A stretch of DNA of 64,000 nt from the human T2T-CHM13v2.0 reference genome, Homo sapiens. The notes beneath the pieces are model-generated. The model ran no database searches, was not told where the DNA came from, and was given only the letters and a program-made list of their open reading frames with translations. Numbering within the stretch: position 1 is the first letter of the stretch; each line of letters starts with the position of its first letter. This document shows positions 38,812 through 51,984 of this stretch, in pieces. A program made the position numbers and the translations under genes. The stretch lies in assembly GCF_009914755.1 (NCBI RefSeq), contig NC_060947.1. One strand, written 5' to 3'.

Positions 38812-41004
38812 GTAGAAGAAAGAATCTTGAATGTTTTCACCCCAAAGAAATGATAGATGTTTGAGGTGATGGATATGCTAATGACCCTGATTTGATCATT
38901 ACATATGTATCAAAACATCACACTCTACCTCATAAATATTACAATTATTATGTGTCAATTAAAAACAAAATAAAACTAAAAAGAAAAAACAAAAAGAAAA
39001 ATCTAGTTTTTTTGCTGTTTTTTTGGTTTTGTCTTTGTTTTTAATACTGCTAACCACAAACTTGACAAAGGTTTTTATTAAGCCATTGTCATCTGCTGCT
39101 ACACCTTTGATCTAATAAATGACCTTAAAACCTGGTTTATATATGTTAGGGTCGAGTAAGATTTAAAGCAATTCAATAAAAATTTATTGAGCACTTACTA
39201 TATGCTAGGCACCGAACTAGTTATTAGGAATGTGAAGATGGGTGAGATCTGGTCCCCTGGCCCCTGCTTCCCGGGAACTCAGAGTCTTAAAGGAGGGCAT
39301 TATCTAGTGTAATGGTAAATTATTTATTACAGGAATATCAAGGTGAAAAATATTGTTGTGTAATGAGAGAGACTTTTTGTCTCCCCCAAAACAGATTGCA
39401 GTGATTCTGAAAGAGTGCAGGCTTGGATTACGGGGGCCAAGGACTATTCTGAAAAAGAGAGAAATACAGGTCAATGGGAAGGAGGAATCTTTCTTCAACC
39501 TGCTCCCATTGGTCTCATTGCTCTTTCCATGTTGGCTTGTGGGAGCAGTTCAGGGAGTTTTGTGAACCATAACACTTGCTTCCTGTATTAACAGCCAAAG
39601 AACAATTGTATTCTGCCAGGTAGGCTTTCCTGCCCTATTGACCTCTGAGTCTTACTGTGGCCAACACTTACGCTTACATCTGGACAGAGCTGTGGAAGGT
39701 TTAACCAGATGGACAAATCACGGAAACTCCCTGTATCTCCATTTTCTCATCTACAAAGAAAGGAAAACCTAAAACCTCATAAGATAGTTGGGGTAAACAA
39801 AAACTCCTTATAAATGTTTAGGTGTTTGGCAGACATTGGTCATTTTTACTATCCAGGCCTCTTTCTTGACCTGAGATTTACATGGAGCCTTTTATCCTGT
39901 GCTTCTTTGCAGTTTTAGAAAGTTACCTACCATAAGGGAATTAGTATGGCATGGTGATTAAGAACATACACTTTAAAATCAGAGAGACCCTGGGTTTAAA
40001 TCTCAGCTTGACTATTTTCCAGCTGTGTAGGAAGAAACAGTGCTTCCCTTGGAGGTTCCTGTGAGGATGAGATGAAATAATGTACAGTTAAGTGCCAAGC
40101 ATAGTGCCTGGTGGGCAGCAAACACTTGATAATGAAAGTTGTTCTTTTATCCCATTTCTTCATTTATGTTCCACTACACTGTAAGCTCCAAGAAGACAGG
40201 ATTTTTAAAAATTTCATTCAGATGTATTTCAAGTACCTGAAACAGTGGATAGCATATGGGAGTGCGTATTAAATATTTGTCAAATGACTGAATGAACATG
40301 TGGGCTTCACTCCAGGCTCTATCTGCCACACATAGCACAGAAGACAGACACTCTGGTGGAGACAGAAAACTCAGAGGCTCAAGGATATCTGTGCCAGTTT
40401 CTGGTATTTTAATAGTTCCATTTCCTCAGGTGGACAGGTAATCCACTTAAGATCCCCAGTTCTGGTGGACTAAAGATGCCCACACTTTTTTTTTACTCTC
40501 TTTTCTTAGAGACATGGGTGTCTATGCCCCCTCCCTTGAAACATAACAGGCTTTGTGACTGCTTTGACTAACAGAATATAATAAAAATTTAATCATGCCA
40601 GTTTTCAGGCCCAGGTATTAACAGAACGATAGTCTCCATTTCCTGTCTCTTGGATGCCAGCCACTATTAAAGAAGTATGACTACCCTGAGACCCCCTTGC
40701 TGTAAGAAACTCAAGCAACATGCAGAGTCCTTGAAAAGTGGTGCGCTATGTGAAGAGAATAGACAACTGAAACACTGGCTATAGAGAAAGAAACTATAAA
40801 CTGTGTGGAAACTGAAATTGGTTTCAGAGTGGTCAGTTACTTATTTTCATCATCCCTCTTCACTTTGTTCCCAGAAATAAAATTGATGACCTGCCCACTT
40901 TGAGCAGAGGAGAGAAAGTGGGAACTGGCCCCATCAATGAATCCAAAAAATTCCTCTTTGGGGTGATATTATAAAACAAGTGGGCCCATGAATTACCATC
41001 ATTC

Positions 41005-41555
41005 CTTTGATGGCCACTGGGCAACCAACCACCATGGCACCCCACTGGTTCTTGCCTCCTGGTATTCACATCCTTGTGTAGTACTTTCCCAAATAGGACA
41101 TAGGAATAAGGCTGACCTGGCTCTCCAGTAGGAGAGAGTGCTTTCTGAGGAGTGTGATTTCTGAGTGTAAGTCATGAAAGATATTGCAGCTTTCACCTCG
41201 CTTCTCTTGAATCACTTGCTCTGAAGGAACAGAGATGCCATGTTATGAGGACACTCAAGCAGCTCTATGGGGAGATCCATGTGGTGAGGAACTGAGGTAT
41301 CCTGACAACAACAAGCACTAATGTGCCAATTGTATGATGAAGCCATATTGGCAGTGGATCCTCCAGTCTCAATCAGGCCTTCAGATGAATGCAGCCCTGG
41401 CTGCTGACATGCTGACTGCAACTCAATGAAAAACCATGACCCAGAAATGCCCAACCAAGCTGTTTCTAGATTCCTGATCCACAGAAACTGTATAAGGTAA
41501 TAAATGTTAATTCAGAGTTTTAGGGTAATATATTACATAGCAATACATAACAAAT
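41005..41555 (+). mobile_element. MaLR LTR (MLT1F/E-like)
   Basis: gcctcctggtattcacatccttgtgtagt; gaggaactgagg; ccttcagatgaatgcagccctggc; ttacatagcaatacataac. Confidence 0.8.
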
Positions 41556-44500
41556 ATATCCACTATCTGCATCCATACGGTATTTGTTTTTGTTTCTTTG
41601 CTATTTTGTCGCTATGTTCACTCAAGTGTAGCTTATATTTGGAGCTCAGAACTTTAACAACAAAATTGTTTTCTAGCTCTATGGTGTCTCAGGAAACTAG
41701 ATTCTGTTTTACTGATCATCTGTACTTCCTTTGATGGTAGGTAGACCCCGCCTTGTCACACGCCTTATAAAAGGCACACTCTTTGAGGTGGTGACACTCA
41801 TAAGCCAGCCCAAAGTTGCCTAATGGACCTATGTTATCTGAAACATTGCTAATATTTCTATTTCAGCCATATGCAAGTATAATTTTTTTAAAAAAATCTG
41901 TATATGGAAATCCATGCTGAGGCCCAACTAGGCCATGACTGCAGGACATGAGTCTTCCAAGGGTGTGTATACACAGACCTAAAAGGAGAGGAATGTCAAG
42001 ACAGTAAGAAAATTAAGAGACTCCTATCCTTAGTAACTAGCAGCAGAAACTCTTAACATTGTGACTTGGACCCTGATTTCCCTGCCTTCTTCCAAAACAA
42101 AGTTTTGGCAGTGCCATCAGGAGCTTCTTGCCTAAGGTTTGCTTAGGAGAAGTTACTTCTCTAGATGGGTGATTTTCCAAGTATTCAGAATTAATCCAGA
42201 GCAGGGGCAGTTATCTACCTGTTAATGAGGAGTCTTTTAACATGGACTTCCTCACTCCCCATCTATCCATCTGGCTGTGCTTTCAAAAGTTGAGGACTGC
42301 TTTATAATATATAAAGGAGTCAGAAGAAGATAGAGAAGAGTTCTAGAAAGTTCTGCTCCATGCTTATGGAAAGAGAAGAAAGAGTAGACTTTGATAAGGC
42401 AGGGATTTCATCAAGTATAAGGACATCTTGTCAGCTGGGGTCAAAGAACCCAAGGGTGGATTTCTGAACTAGGACTGTGTTATCATTCCAGAAGAATTTT
42501 AAGAGGAGAATCAGAATGATCTCACTGGAATGGCTTACGTATCTTGTCCTATAAGTAGGACACTGGATCATATGACCTCAAAAATTCTTGATCCAACCCT
42601 AAGATTCCATGAAGAGGCCACCTAGTATATTTATTCTCTTCTCCATATAACATACTGCTTTCCCATTTTTATGAGAACCTAGGCACTTTAATAACTGCCA
42701 TCTTTATTTTTGTTGTCTTTTGTGGATGCTATTATAGTAATGCAAGTTGATTCTGTTTTTCTACATCTTCTTTCTCTTCCTACAATTTCATAAAGCAGGT
42801 TTATTCCCAACTTGACTATATCATGAACATGTATGGAAAAAAGCAGTTAACTACGTTTGTATCAAAAGAAGTTCAATAAGACTGAGCAGGAGCAGCAACA
42901 GAGGTTAAGAGTAACTCCAATTCATGGACTAGGAATGGGATGAGAAGCGAGATAATTTATAGCCAACTGGCAGCTGGAAGGGTAGTGAATGGATAAGGTC
43001 AGAGTCACAGATCTTTAACTGTGATGGCTCTACCATCTGTATAGAAACCATGTGAAAATAAGAATGAATGGTTTGGGCACAGAGCTCAGTGTGTCTGTGC
43101 AACCAAGTCACAGGAAAAGAGATGGCAAAAAAAAAAAAAAAATCAGTTTAATCCCCAGAGTTTATGTTGCTCAGTCTCCAACTAGTTGAGAATGTTTTCT
43201 CTGCCATGTCTTAATGAATGCCTTATCTGTATGACTCAAGTGGAGAAGCTTCCACAACAACATGGTAACAACAGGACCACAAACCTCTACCTAACAATTA
43301 TCCTTTGCTGGCATGTTCAGGTCAAGTCTCTGAAGCAAGCAAGAAAACAATCATAAAAGTGATCTGTATGCATTTGTATGGACTTGGCTTCTGCCATGTG
43401 TCCACATTTCTTCAGCTCAGACTGTAGTCAGGGTGCAGGTGCCAAAGGCCTTGTATTTTCAGGTGTTTCCCATGTGGCATGTCTGCAGTGATTCAAATTG
43501 AGAATTATGATCTGCTTAATTTGGCCCTGTTGTTAAGGTCACCACATGGATCTCTGACATGTGATGATTGGAGAAGGTTGAGCAGCTTCACAAGCACCAG
43601 AAGGTGTGTGACACCTGCTAGTTAGAAGGAATGGAGAGGAGGCATCTGGTCTCCTCTCACAATGCATGCAGTAAAAAGCAGGGTTATATTAAAAAATCCA
43701 CCTTGATCCATCCACATGATGCTGTGCTCATAGATGAAGACATAGAAATGAAAACCAAGAAATATACATTACTTTGAGATCCCTAGCAAAGCAAGTATGG
43801 TGGTGCTCCCAGGGCCAGACTCCATAGCAAGTGAAGGGTCTTTACTGTTGTATAAGTCTATGTTTACCTCTGTGGGACCTGGATGCCTCTCAAAGGTCAT
43901 ATTCACTTTTTCATTTCAGCCATGTTATCTGAAAACCTTAGTTTTTCTCAACAACATCTTTGTTTTCCTGTTTATAAAGGCCATATATTGATCGTAGTAG
44001 AAAATTAGAAAAAGTACTTTAATTATAAAATAGAAAATAACAGTTCTCCATAGAACAACTCCTCAGCAATAACCACAGTTAATATTTGATGCATTTCATG
44101 AAAACTTTTCCTCTGAGTATGTGTGCATGCATATTACAATATTCAGATTAAATACATACAATTTTCTATCATGTCTTCCTTCAACATTAATTTTTTTATC
44201 ATTGAAAGTTTTAATGCATAATATTTTATAGTATAGAGGTACTGTGTGAGTACGTGCTATGGAGTCAAACAGATCCTAATTCCAGTCATGATTCCTCTAG
44301 TTTCCAGCTCTGTGAATGGGCAAATGACTTCAGTTTTAGCATCTGCAAAATAAGTATAATATGAATTACTTCATATGGTCTCTGTAAGGGTTAAATGAAA
44401 CAATATCTTACAGAGTTCCCATAGATAATAAATGTGAAATATATGTTAGCCAGTACTGAATCGTTCAGTTGTTGGATATGGATCCTGTTTCCAATATTTT

Positions 44501-45724
44501 TGCTGTTTCTAATGTTATTATATTTGGCTATATTTAAAATTATTTCCTTAGGATAAATTCCTAACAGTGGGATAAAGGGCATAAAGCTTGATTCCAGTGC
44601 CTTTCTAGACCGGTTGTAACCATTTGCACCCCCAGTAATGTTGCATAAGCATGGTCATCTGGCTTCACCCTTGAGAGCACTATGTATTATCTTTTGTAAC
44701 TGTGCTAACATAATTGGCAAATAATACTATCTCATTTAAATATAAATGTTGTTGGTTACCTAGTGACATTGAATAGTTTTTCATGCATTTGTCTTCTTTT
44801 GTGAATAGTCTGCCAATCAATCAACATATATCAATCATCAGGTGCCACTTTTGTGCCAGACACTCTACTAGATATATGACAGGAATGCTTTGGGATCTAG
44901 GCAGACATGACCCAAGATCTGGTAACACACCATTTATCGGGAGTGCTTCTCCTGTCAGTCACTGGGCCAAATGCTTAACTTGAGGGTAATGTTAAACATT
45001 TTGGGTTTTCTGGTTAATACTTAGCCTCCTTTGGGTAATCTGAATCCTGTTTTGCGAACTTCCTTTTTTTTGGCCACATTCTTCAGAGTTGAGGATGCTG
45101 TTTATACATTCTGGATGAGTAAACTGTTATGGTATGAATTTAAATTTCATATACATACATGAAGCCAAGATGGGTGGATGGACTCATTACAAAAGGTATA
45201 GAGAAGAGAAGGATAGTGATTAATTAATAATATTGAGGAGGGCAGAATAAGCTGCAGAATATGTAAACCAAACTAAACAATTTTCGCATGTGTGAAGCTG
45301 GGGCACTTGATCAAAATTAAGATTGTATTCTTTGAATTCTTAGGTTGAAAAGCCTGTCCTACATTTGGCAACTCGAGTGGAAGCATCTTGTCGTAGCTAC
45401 CCACCCATCTATACACTCATTGTCCAGTTATGTCTTAGATTAAAAGATCAACTTTGGTTTGGTAACTGGAGAGTACCAGCTTTGTCACCTGTGTAGGTGA
45501 AATAGAACAGTCCAAAGACAAGTATAGGTGGAAAAGTTTCTCTTTGCTTCCAATAGTAAGTGTAAGATTCCCCAACATCTTAACAATAGTTTCAAGGAGT
45601 TGCCATTCACAGGAGCGTTCATGTCCCCTTCTGGCATATTGACACCCTCTGATTTAGCAGAATATTATTTATGATCCTCTGCAAAGATGTCACACAGGAG
45701 GGAGGAGAGGCTAGCTCCTGGTTA

Positions 45725-46029
45725 TTCTGAGGCAGGGTATTGCTGTGTTGCCCAAGCTGGAGTGCAGTGGTGCAATCATGACTCACTCAGCCTAGAACTC
45801 CTGGGCTCAACTGATCCTCCTGCCTCAGCCTCCAGAGTAGCTGAGACTATAGGCAGCACATGCCACCATGGCCGGCTAATTTTAAGACAGATTTTTTTTT
45901 TTTTTTTTTTGGTAGTGATGGGGTCTCACTGTTTTGCCCAGGCTGGTCTCAAACTCCTGTCCTCAAGTCATCTTCCCATCTAAGCTTCCCAAACACTGGG
46001 ATTACAGGTGTGAGCCACTGTGCCTGGCC
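45725..46029 (-). mobile_element. AluJ
   Basis: Diverged reverse Alu with AluJ-type aactcctgggctcaactgatcctcc. Confidence 0.9.
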
Positions 46030-46109
46030 CCCATTTCATATTTTTATTGCAATTCATGACATTCAACATTTTTTCATGCATATTATTACAATGATTCTAA
46101 GAGATGTCA

Positions 46110-46562
46110 AAAGCTGATTTCCCAAATATCACCAATACAACCTATTGGTAAGACAAAACTGAGATTCTTCCTTTGGTAGTGTCTCAGAGAGGGACACTAC
46201 CCTCAGAGAGGGGAAGGTAAGGTCAGAGTTTCTTGAGAATTGGAAGTTTGTTTTAAGGTGGGTATTTCCATGCAGGAGGATTTGATTAAGACCTTCTATA
46301 TGACAGTCCAGGATTGGTTAAGATAAAAAAAGATGTTGAGATGAGAGATCTTAGGGCAAAAATGGTCTCCTGATGCTTTCCATTGAAGTGGTGATGAGTC
46401 CTCCAGCAAGGTCCTATAATAAAAAATCAAACCATTTACCTAGTCATGACAGTCCTGGAAAAGTAGTCATACTAATAAAGCCAGTGGAATAGCAAAGTCA
46501 CGTTAGTGTAGCTGATAAGGTGTGATTTCGGCTGACTGTCAGGAAGATGGTTTTGGTTCTCA
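46110..46562 (-). mobile_element. Old LTR-like element (family uncertain)
   Basis: Ends ggttttggttctca (reverse: tgagaaccaaaacc, a TG terminus); resemblance to old mammalian LTRs from memory only. Confidence 0.35.
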
Positions 46563-48939
46563 GAAGAAACATGATCATGTATCCATTTTATAGATGAGGA
46601 AAATGAAGCTCAGGAAGATTAAATGGCTTGCCATGGTCAAATATCTAATGAGTCCTAGAGAGAGAACTAGCACTGAGCTCCTTCCCATTTTGTTCACTAA
46701 GAACTTTCCCTCCTATACTGTTCTTGCCCTTGTCTCAAATCTCTCTGGGCATTGATGAGTTGCTAGAGCAAAAGGTATCTTCAAATTGATTTTAAAATAT
46801 AAGCCACACCGTCTTACTTGAACAGATGATAAAATGCTTTACTGAGAATGGGTTTGTCCAATGAGTCTAAGTGCTTTCCACTCTATGTTTCAAAGATAAT
46901 CTGTGGATGAGGAAAAGGGAATTATGTCCTTACTAGAGGTTCGATGTGACAAATTAATCATTAACATGGCACTGGCTGCTATATCAATGGTATGCAGGGG
47001 ACAGAAATCCTTTACTGTTTTTTTCTCTAAGTTTTTTCATAGGGATGTTTTTAAGCGGAAGTAAGAAGTTTTTAAGTGGAAGTAAGAAGGAGCCAGGGAG
47101 AAAGGGAGATAAAGCTGGAAAAATGGAGAGAAAAGGTCTCTCTCTGTCTCTTACACACTCTCTCTCATTTCTGCTGTGTACATTTGGATTTTCTTTAGTT
47201 CTTTTTCACCTCCCTGACTCTTCTGTCCTTCTAATTCCCACTCCACCTTACTCCCACGTCTTATGTGCTACATCTGTGGGTATAATTCATGAAGGTAAAA
47301 TATACCCCAAACAAAATGGCTGTAAAGAAAAATATGGTGCCAAAGAACTGTGAAAAAGTTTACCAGTGTGAGCCCAAGTCTTAGTGTGTTAAGTGGGACA
47401 CAGATTATGCTTTTTATAAGTCTACTACTAAGAGCACATAGCAGATGCTCCAAAGTATTTGTTAAAAGAACAAATGAACAAACAGGTGGACACCAGTTAC
47501 CATTTTGCTTTTGAGGTCAACTCAAGATGCCATTTTGTTTTCATTACTTTGGTCCCAGACATGCTGATCAGAGCTTATCCTAATGTCAGCAGTGTGTGAA
47601 TCAGGTGACAAGTAGGCAAATATTGACAGGACTTGGTGGTGTCTCTGCCCTACCACTGCTGCTTAGAGTGCCAAGTCCTTCTCCAAGTTTGGGTGGAGAT
47701 GGGGTGAGGGAGACAAAGGCTTGGAGAAGAGAAAGCCTGGATGAGCACTGGAATAAATAACAGGCTGGATGGATGGACAAGCATAAAGAGGTGGGGTGAC
47801 ATTCGTGAAGCAGAACTAGTTTGATTGGAAACTGAATAGATTTTTGGCAGGTTAAGTGGTTCTAAGCTTTTCTATGAATTGCTCTAATGTTGCTCTCCAA
47901 GAAATATGTTAAAATTAGTCACTAAAATCTCATAGCAGAGACTCAGGCACTAAGACTCACTTGTAAACATAACGCAACCAAAGTTTCTTGTTTTAAAAAA
48001 TCTAAAGATACTTGCAGAAATGTTATAGATTTTATTAAAAATTATTATCCTCTGAAGTGATCTAACAAATGTTTTAACATTTTGACAATAGAATATTATA
48101 TATTTTGATATATGTGTCTCAATAGGCTTACCTCTATGTATGCTGTACTAAAGGAAATTGCATTCAATATCAGTTGCATGGAAGAGCAATTTTCCTGTTG
48201 ATTGTACTTCTATTTATTTATCTATTTAATAATTAGATCTCAGATCTAATTATTAATTTAAGGGTACATCACTCAGTGTTAGTAAGTAAAAGTGTCTGTT
48301 GAGTCTAGTTAATTTTATAACAGTTATGGGGCACCAAATTAAATATGAAATGCAAATATATACAAAATGCAAATACATGAACAAACTGATAAAATTGCTA
48401 ATTGCTCTGCCTTTTAAAAAAAAGCTTCTGTGTGGCAAATGTACCTAACAAAATATTGCTACTAGTTATAAAATTTCTTTGTTCCAAGCTTGATGCAAAC
48501 AGATTAGGGATATAATCTGTCACATATACACATGAAAAGGTGGATTCTTGGAGACAATGGCTGTGAGGAGTATTTTCATTAGCTTGTCTCTGTGGTATTG
48601 TATTTGTGTATAATTGAAAAGTGAACTACTTTCATTTCCTTTTTAAAAACAGAGTCCTGAGACTGACAGGATAATGGAATGGCCAGTGGAATAGCATGAT
48701 TTAAACCACTATTTGTTAGTCATGATGTCTTTGTGGACAACTTAGAAAAGTAACATCCTAATAATTCTACTATTGTGAAGTTTCATGGCTACTTGAACAT
48801 TTTTAAAAAATTAGATTCTTGTCAGCTTAGGATGAGGTTTTTGGTAGTGGGTTCCAGACCTCTAACTTTGGCCTTTTCTTTTTTTACTTTCTTCAACTCT
48901 TTGAATGAAGACCCCAAAGACTCATGAATCAAATTTAGA

Positions 48940-49330
48940 AATGAACTAAAGCTGAAAGAGATTGTTAGACTGGGAGTGTTGGAAAATAAGTCAGAGAACA
49001 AAATAAATATTCAAAGATAATGTCATAAATTGGAGTTAGGAAACAAAAGCAGCAAAATTAAACCTAACAGAGATAAGTGCGAACTTCTCATTAAGGGTTC
49101 ATGATTTAATCACCTGAGTGTAAGTTGGAAGGAGATCTCAGGACTTCTTATTAAAATGACCTAGGGGATTTAATTGGTTCCAACTTTAATACAAACCAGT
49201 AAGTCTACAAAGCTATCCAAAAGCTATGATTCCCTTGGCTATAAGTTACTCTAGGAAGAAGAGCCTGTTTTTCCTTCTCCCTTCAATCTATATCCGAGGA
49301 GGAGTATTTTTTTGGATTCAAATCTGGGAC
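48940..49330 (+). mobile_element. L3/CR1 remnant
   Basis: caaatttagaaatgaactaaagctgaaagag...attcaaagat...taacagagataagtg resembles the CR1 RT region (KFADDTKL-like). Confidence 0.5.
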
Positions 49331-50999
49331 ATGATTATGCTATGTTTGCCAGTGGACACAGTCACTGTGTATTAACAGGTCAGCACTTGGGTGTGACTAT
49401 TTTGCTGTTCTTGGAAATACTACTGAAGTGGAAAAGGTCAGGGCCTACTTTCTATTAGAGACTCTCTTCCTCTCTCTTCTTTATCTGCCATCCATATGCC
49501 AGAAATGATAAGCCAATTCAGGGCTTACTCTCCTGGAGTATATCCAACAAACTAACTTTTCTTTTTTCTTGACGTGGGACTGGAGTATGGTTAGATCTAA
49601 AATTTGGGGGCAGGTAAAAACATTCACAGGCCTCACTCACAGCCTGCTTTGGGCTGAAGGCATTTACGCTAAGTAGCCTAGGAAAAAGGTTATGCTACAC
49701 GTGGCCCAGCCCAAATATTACAATATCTCTTTTTGGAAGCTTGGGATCTAAATTCAGAAATCAATAAGGATTTGTTTCATTTTTCCTGTTTCATTATTTT
49801 TGTGTGTGTGTTTGTGTCTCTTTCATGAACCTCTCCCTCTCAAGGGAGGATGGCAGTGTCTAGAGTGGGCGATACATATTCCTGTATTCTTGGGACATTT
49901 TACCATTCAGAAGCACAGCACCCTATCCTTTACTACTTCTAATAGCTGGATTAAGAGGACAATATAAGAGTTAACATCCCTTTATACTCCAGACATATGT
50001 TTTTGACTCTATCGTACATCCCTATTTGGGGGTCCCATATGCACCTCAAAGGTTTATTTTCAAAATTTAACCTCTTTGTAACCTCTTCCCCTGACTCTCC
50101 ACCCCTACTACTCACTTACAAATGTGCTTCTGCTGCTGTTTGAGTATTCTCTGTTCATTAAAGACATCATCATATTCCTTGTTTCTTGGCTCTTTTGACC
50201 CTCCATATTTAGTTTGACACCGATTCTGTCATCAATTAAAAAAAAGGTCTTTGGAACATATCTACTCCTGTCTTCACATAGTTTGCCATCACTATATATC
50301 ACTTGGATTATTTTCAGTCATGGCCTATATTTCCATTCCTGCTACAATGCTTAGCACATAGTTTGTGACTGACTATGGAAAATATAGCTTTTATGTCTGC
50401 CTTCAAATGTTTAATGGAACATGATGTTTGAGAAGCAATAAATTTATTTTTTGGCTGCTTCAGATATCAAGGAGGCCAATTTTCATTAATGTGGGATAGA
50501 ACTTAAGACAGATTGACTCCAACTATGGACTAAACCATTTCATAAATCTTTGAGCTCTTTATCATTGGAACTATTCAAGGAGAGACTGGATAGACATCAG
50601 GGAGAAGTGCTGTCAAAAGGATGCTGGCTTTAGTAAAATGTCAGACAATATGACTTTTAGGGTCTCTTTCCATCACAAGATTTGATGATTTATATATTAA
50701 TTTTCAGGGATTAATTGAAATTAATTAATTCAATTCTGTTCTGACTGGTAGAATTAGAGATGTGTAATTTTTTCTTATTTCTTTCCAAAATTTTTAAGTT
50801 TTCCAAATAGAAGTGTATTACTCTCATAATCAGAAAATTTTCATCTTGAGTAAACTCAAAGACTTTGCTTTTTAAAAGAACATTTTGATCTCCCCTTTGA
50901 ATATGAGCATAACCTTTCATTATATGTATCAAAGAAACATTTTTGTTATTGTGTATATGCCAACTGTTAGTTTGATGTAGGTTTGGCTCCATATAATAG

Positions 51000-51435
51000 A
51001 AAAGAAAACATAACAGTAGCTTAAACAAGCTAGAATCCTAGTTCTCTGTTTTTAAGTAAAAGAAGTTTGGATGTAGGTAGCCAGAAGTGGTATGGTGACT
51101 TCACCATGTCAGGCACCAACACTCCTTTATCTTGTTCAGCTGTATGTGACTTCAATTCCTAAGGTCACCTCATGGTCCAAAACAGCCGCTGAATATTAGC
51201 ATTACATATGTGTTCTGAACAGCAGGAAAGAGGAAGGAGAAGATGGACCTGCCTCCTTCATTTTAAAGTTCTTCCCAGAAATACCAGACAACACTTTTTT
51301 ATAAATTTCACTGGTGAGAATTTGGCCATAAGGTCATATCTAGCTGCAAGGAATTCTGCGGGGAAAATCAGGGCTTCGTTTCCAATGAGGAAGAAGGGAA
51401 TGGTTATTGGGAAGCTAATAGCTGTCTCTGTTACA
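51000..51435 (-). mobile_element. MaLR LTR (MLT1J-like)
   Basis: taacagtagcttaaacaag...aaggtcacctcatggtccaaaacagccgctg...ctagctgcaagg. Confidence 0.6.
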
Positions 51436-51913
51436 CCTGTTGACTAAGGGTAAGCATAATACAGAATCATTAAGGAAATGTCACTGGCCACAGCTTCTTT
51501 GCTAATAGTTTTAGGAACTTCCTATTGGGCTCCATTTATTTAGATCAGTCAACAATTATTTGCTAAAAACCTGCTATTTGCATCATTTTTTTTCTTTTGT
51601 AGAATGGATTTGTACCTTCCCAATGGGGTTTTAGTGAGCATTAAATGAGATAATAATGTAGAACGCTTGGAAGAGCATCTGATATATATTAAGCACTCAA
51701 TACATGTCAGTCATTACTCTGATTAATATTACTATTTGTGAAAGAATAAAAGTGAGATTGAAAACATAGTTCCTGCCTTAGGTTCCTTCTCTTCTGGTGA
51801 AGACAAGATACATAGATGTGAAGTAACTTCAGAATAAGTGTGCAATTAAAATCCAGATGTTATGGAGCAAAGTATATATTTTGTAAACATTTAAAGGCTA
51901 AAAAAGTCCCTAT

Positions 51914-51917
<4 letters not shown>

Positions 51918-51978
<61 letters not shown>
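51918..51978 (+). repeat. Compound (TG)n(AG)n microsatellite
   Basis: Directly visible. Confidence 0.97.

Positions 51979-51984
<6 letters not shown>

Noticed and set aside
41763-41774. CArG (SRF) box
   Set aside because: Sequence is CC-W8-GG, not CC-W6-GG.
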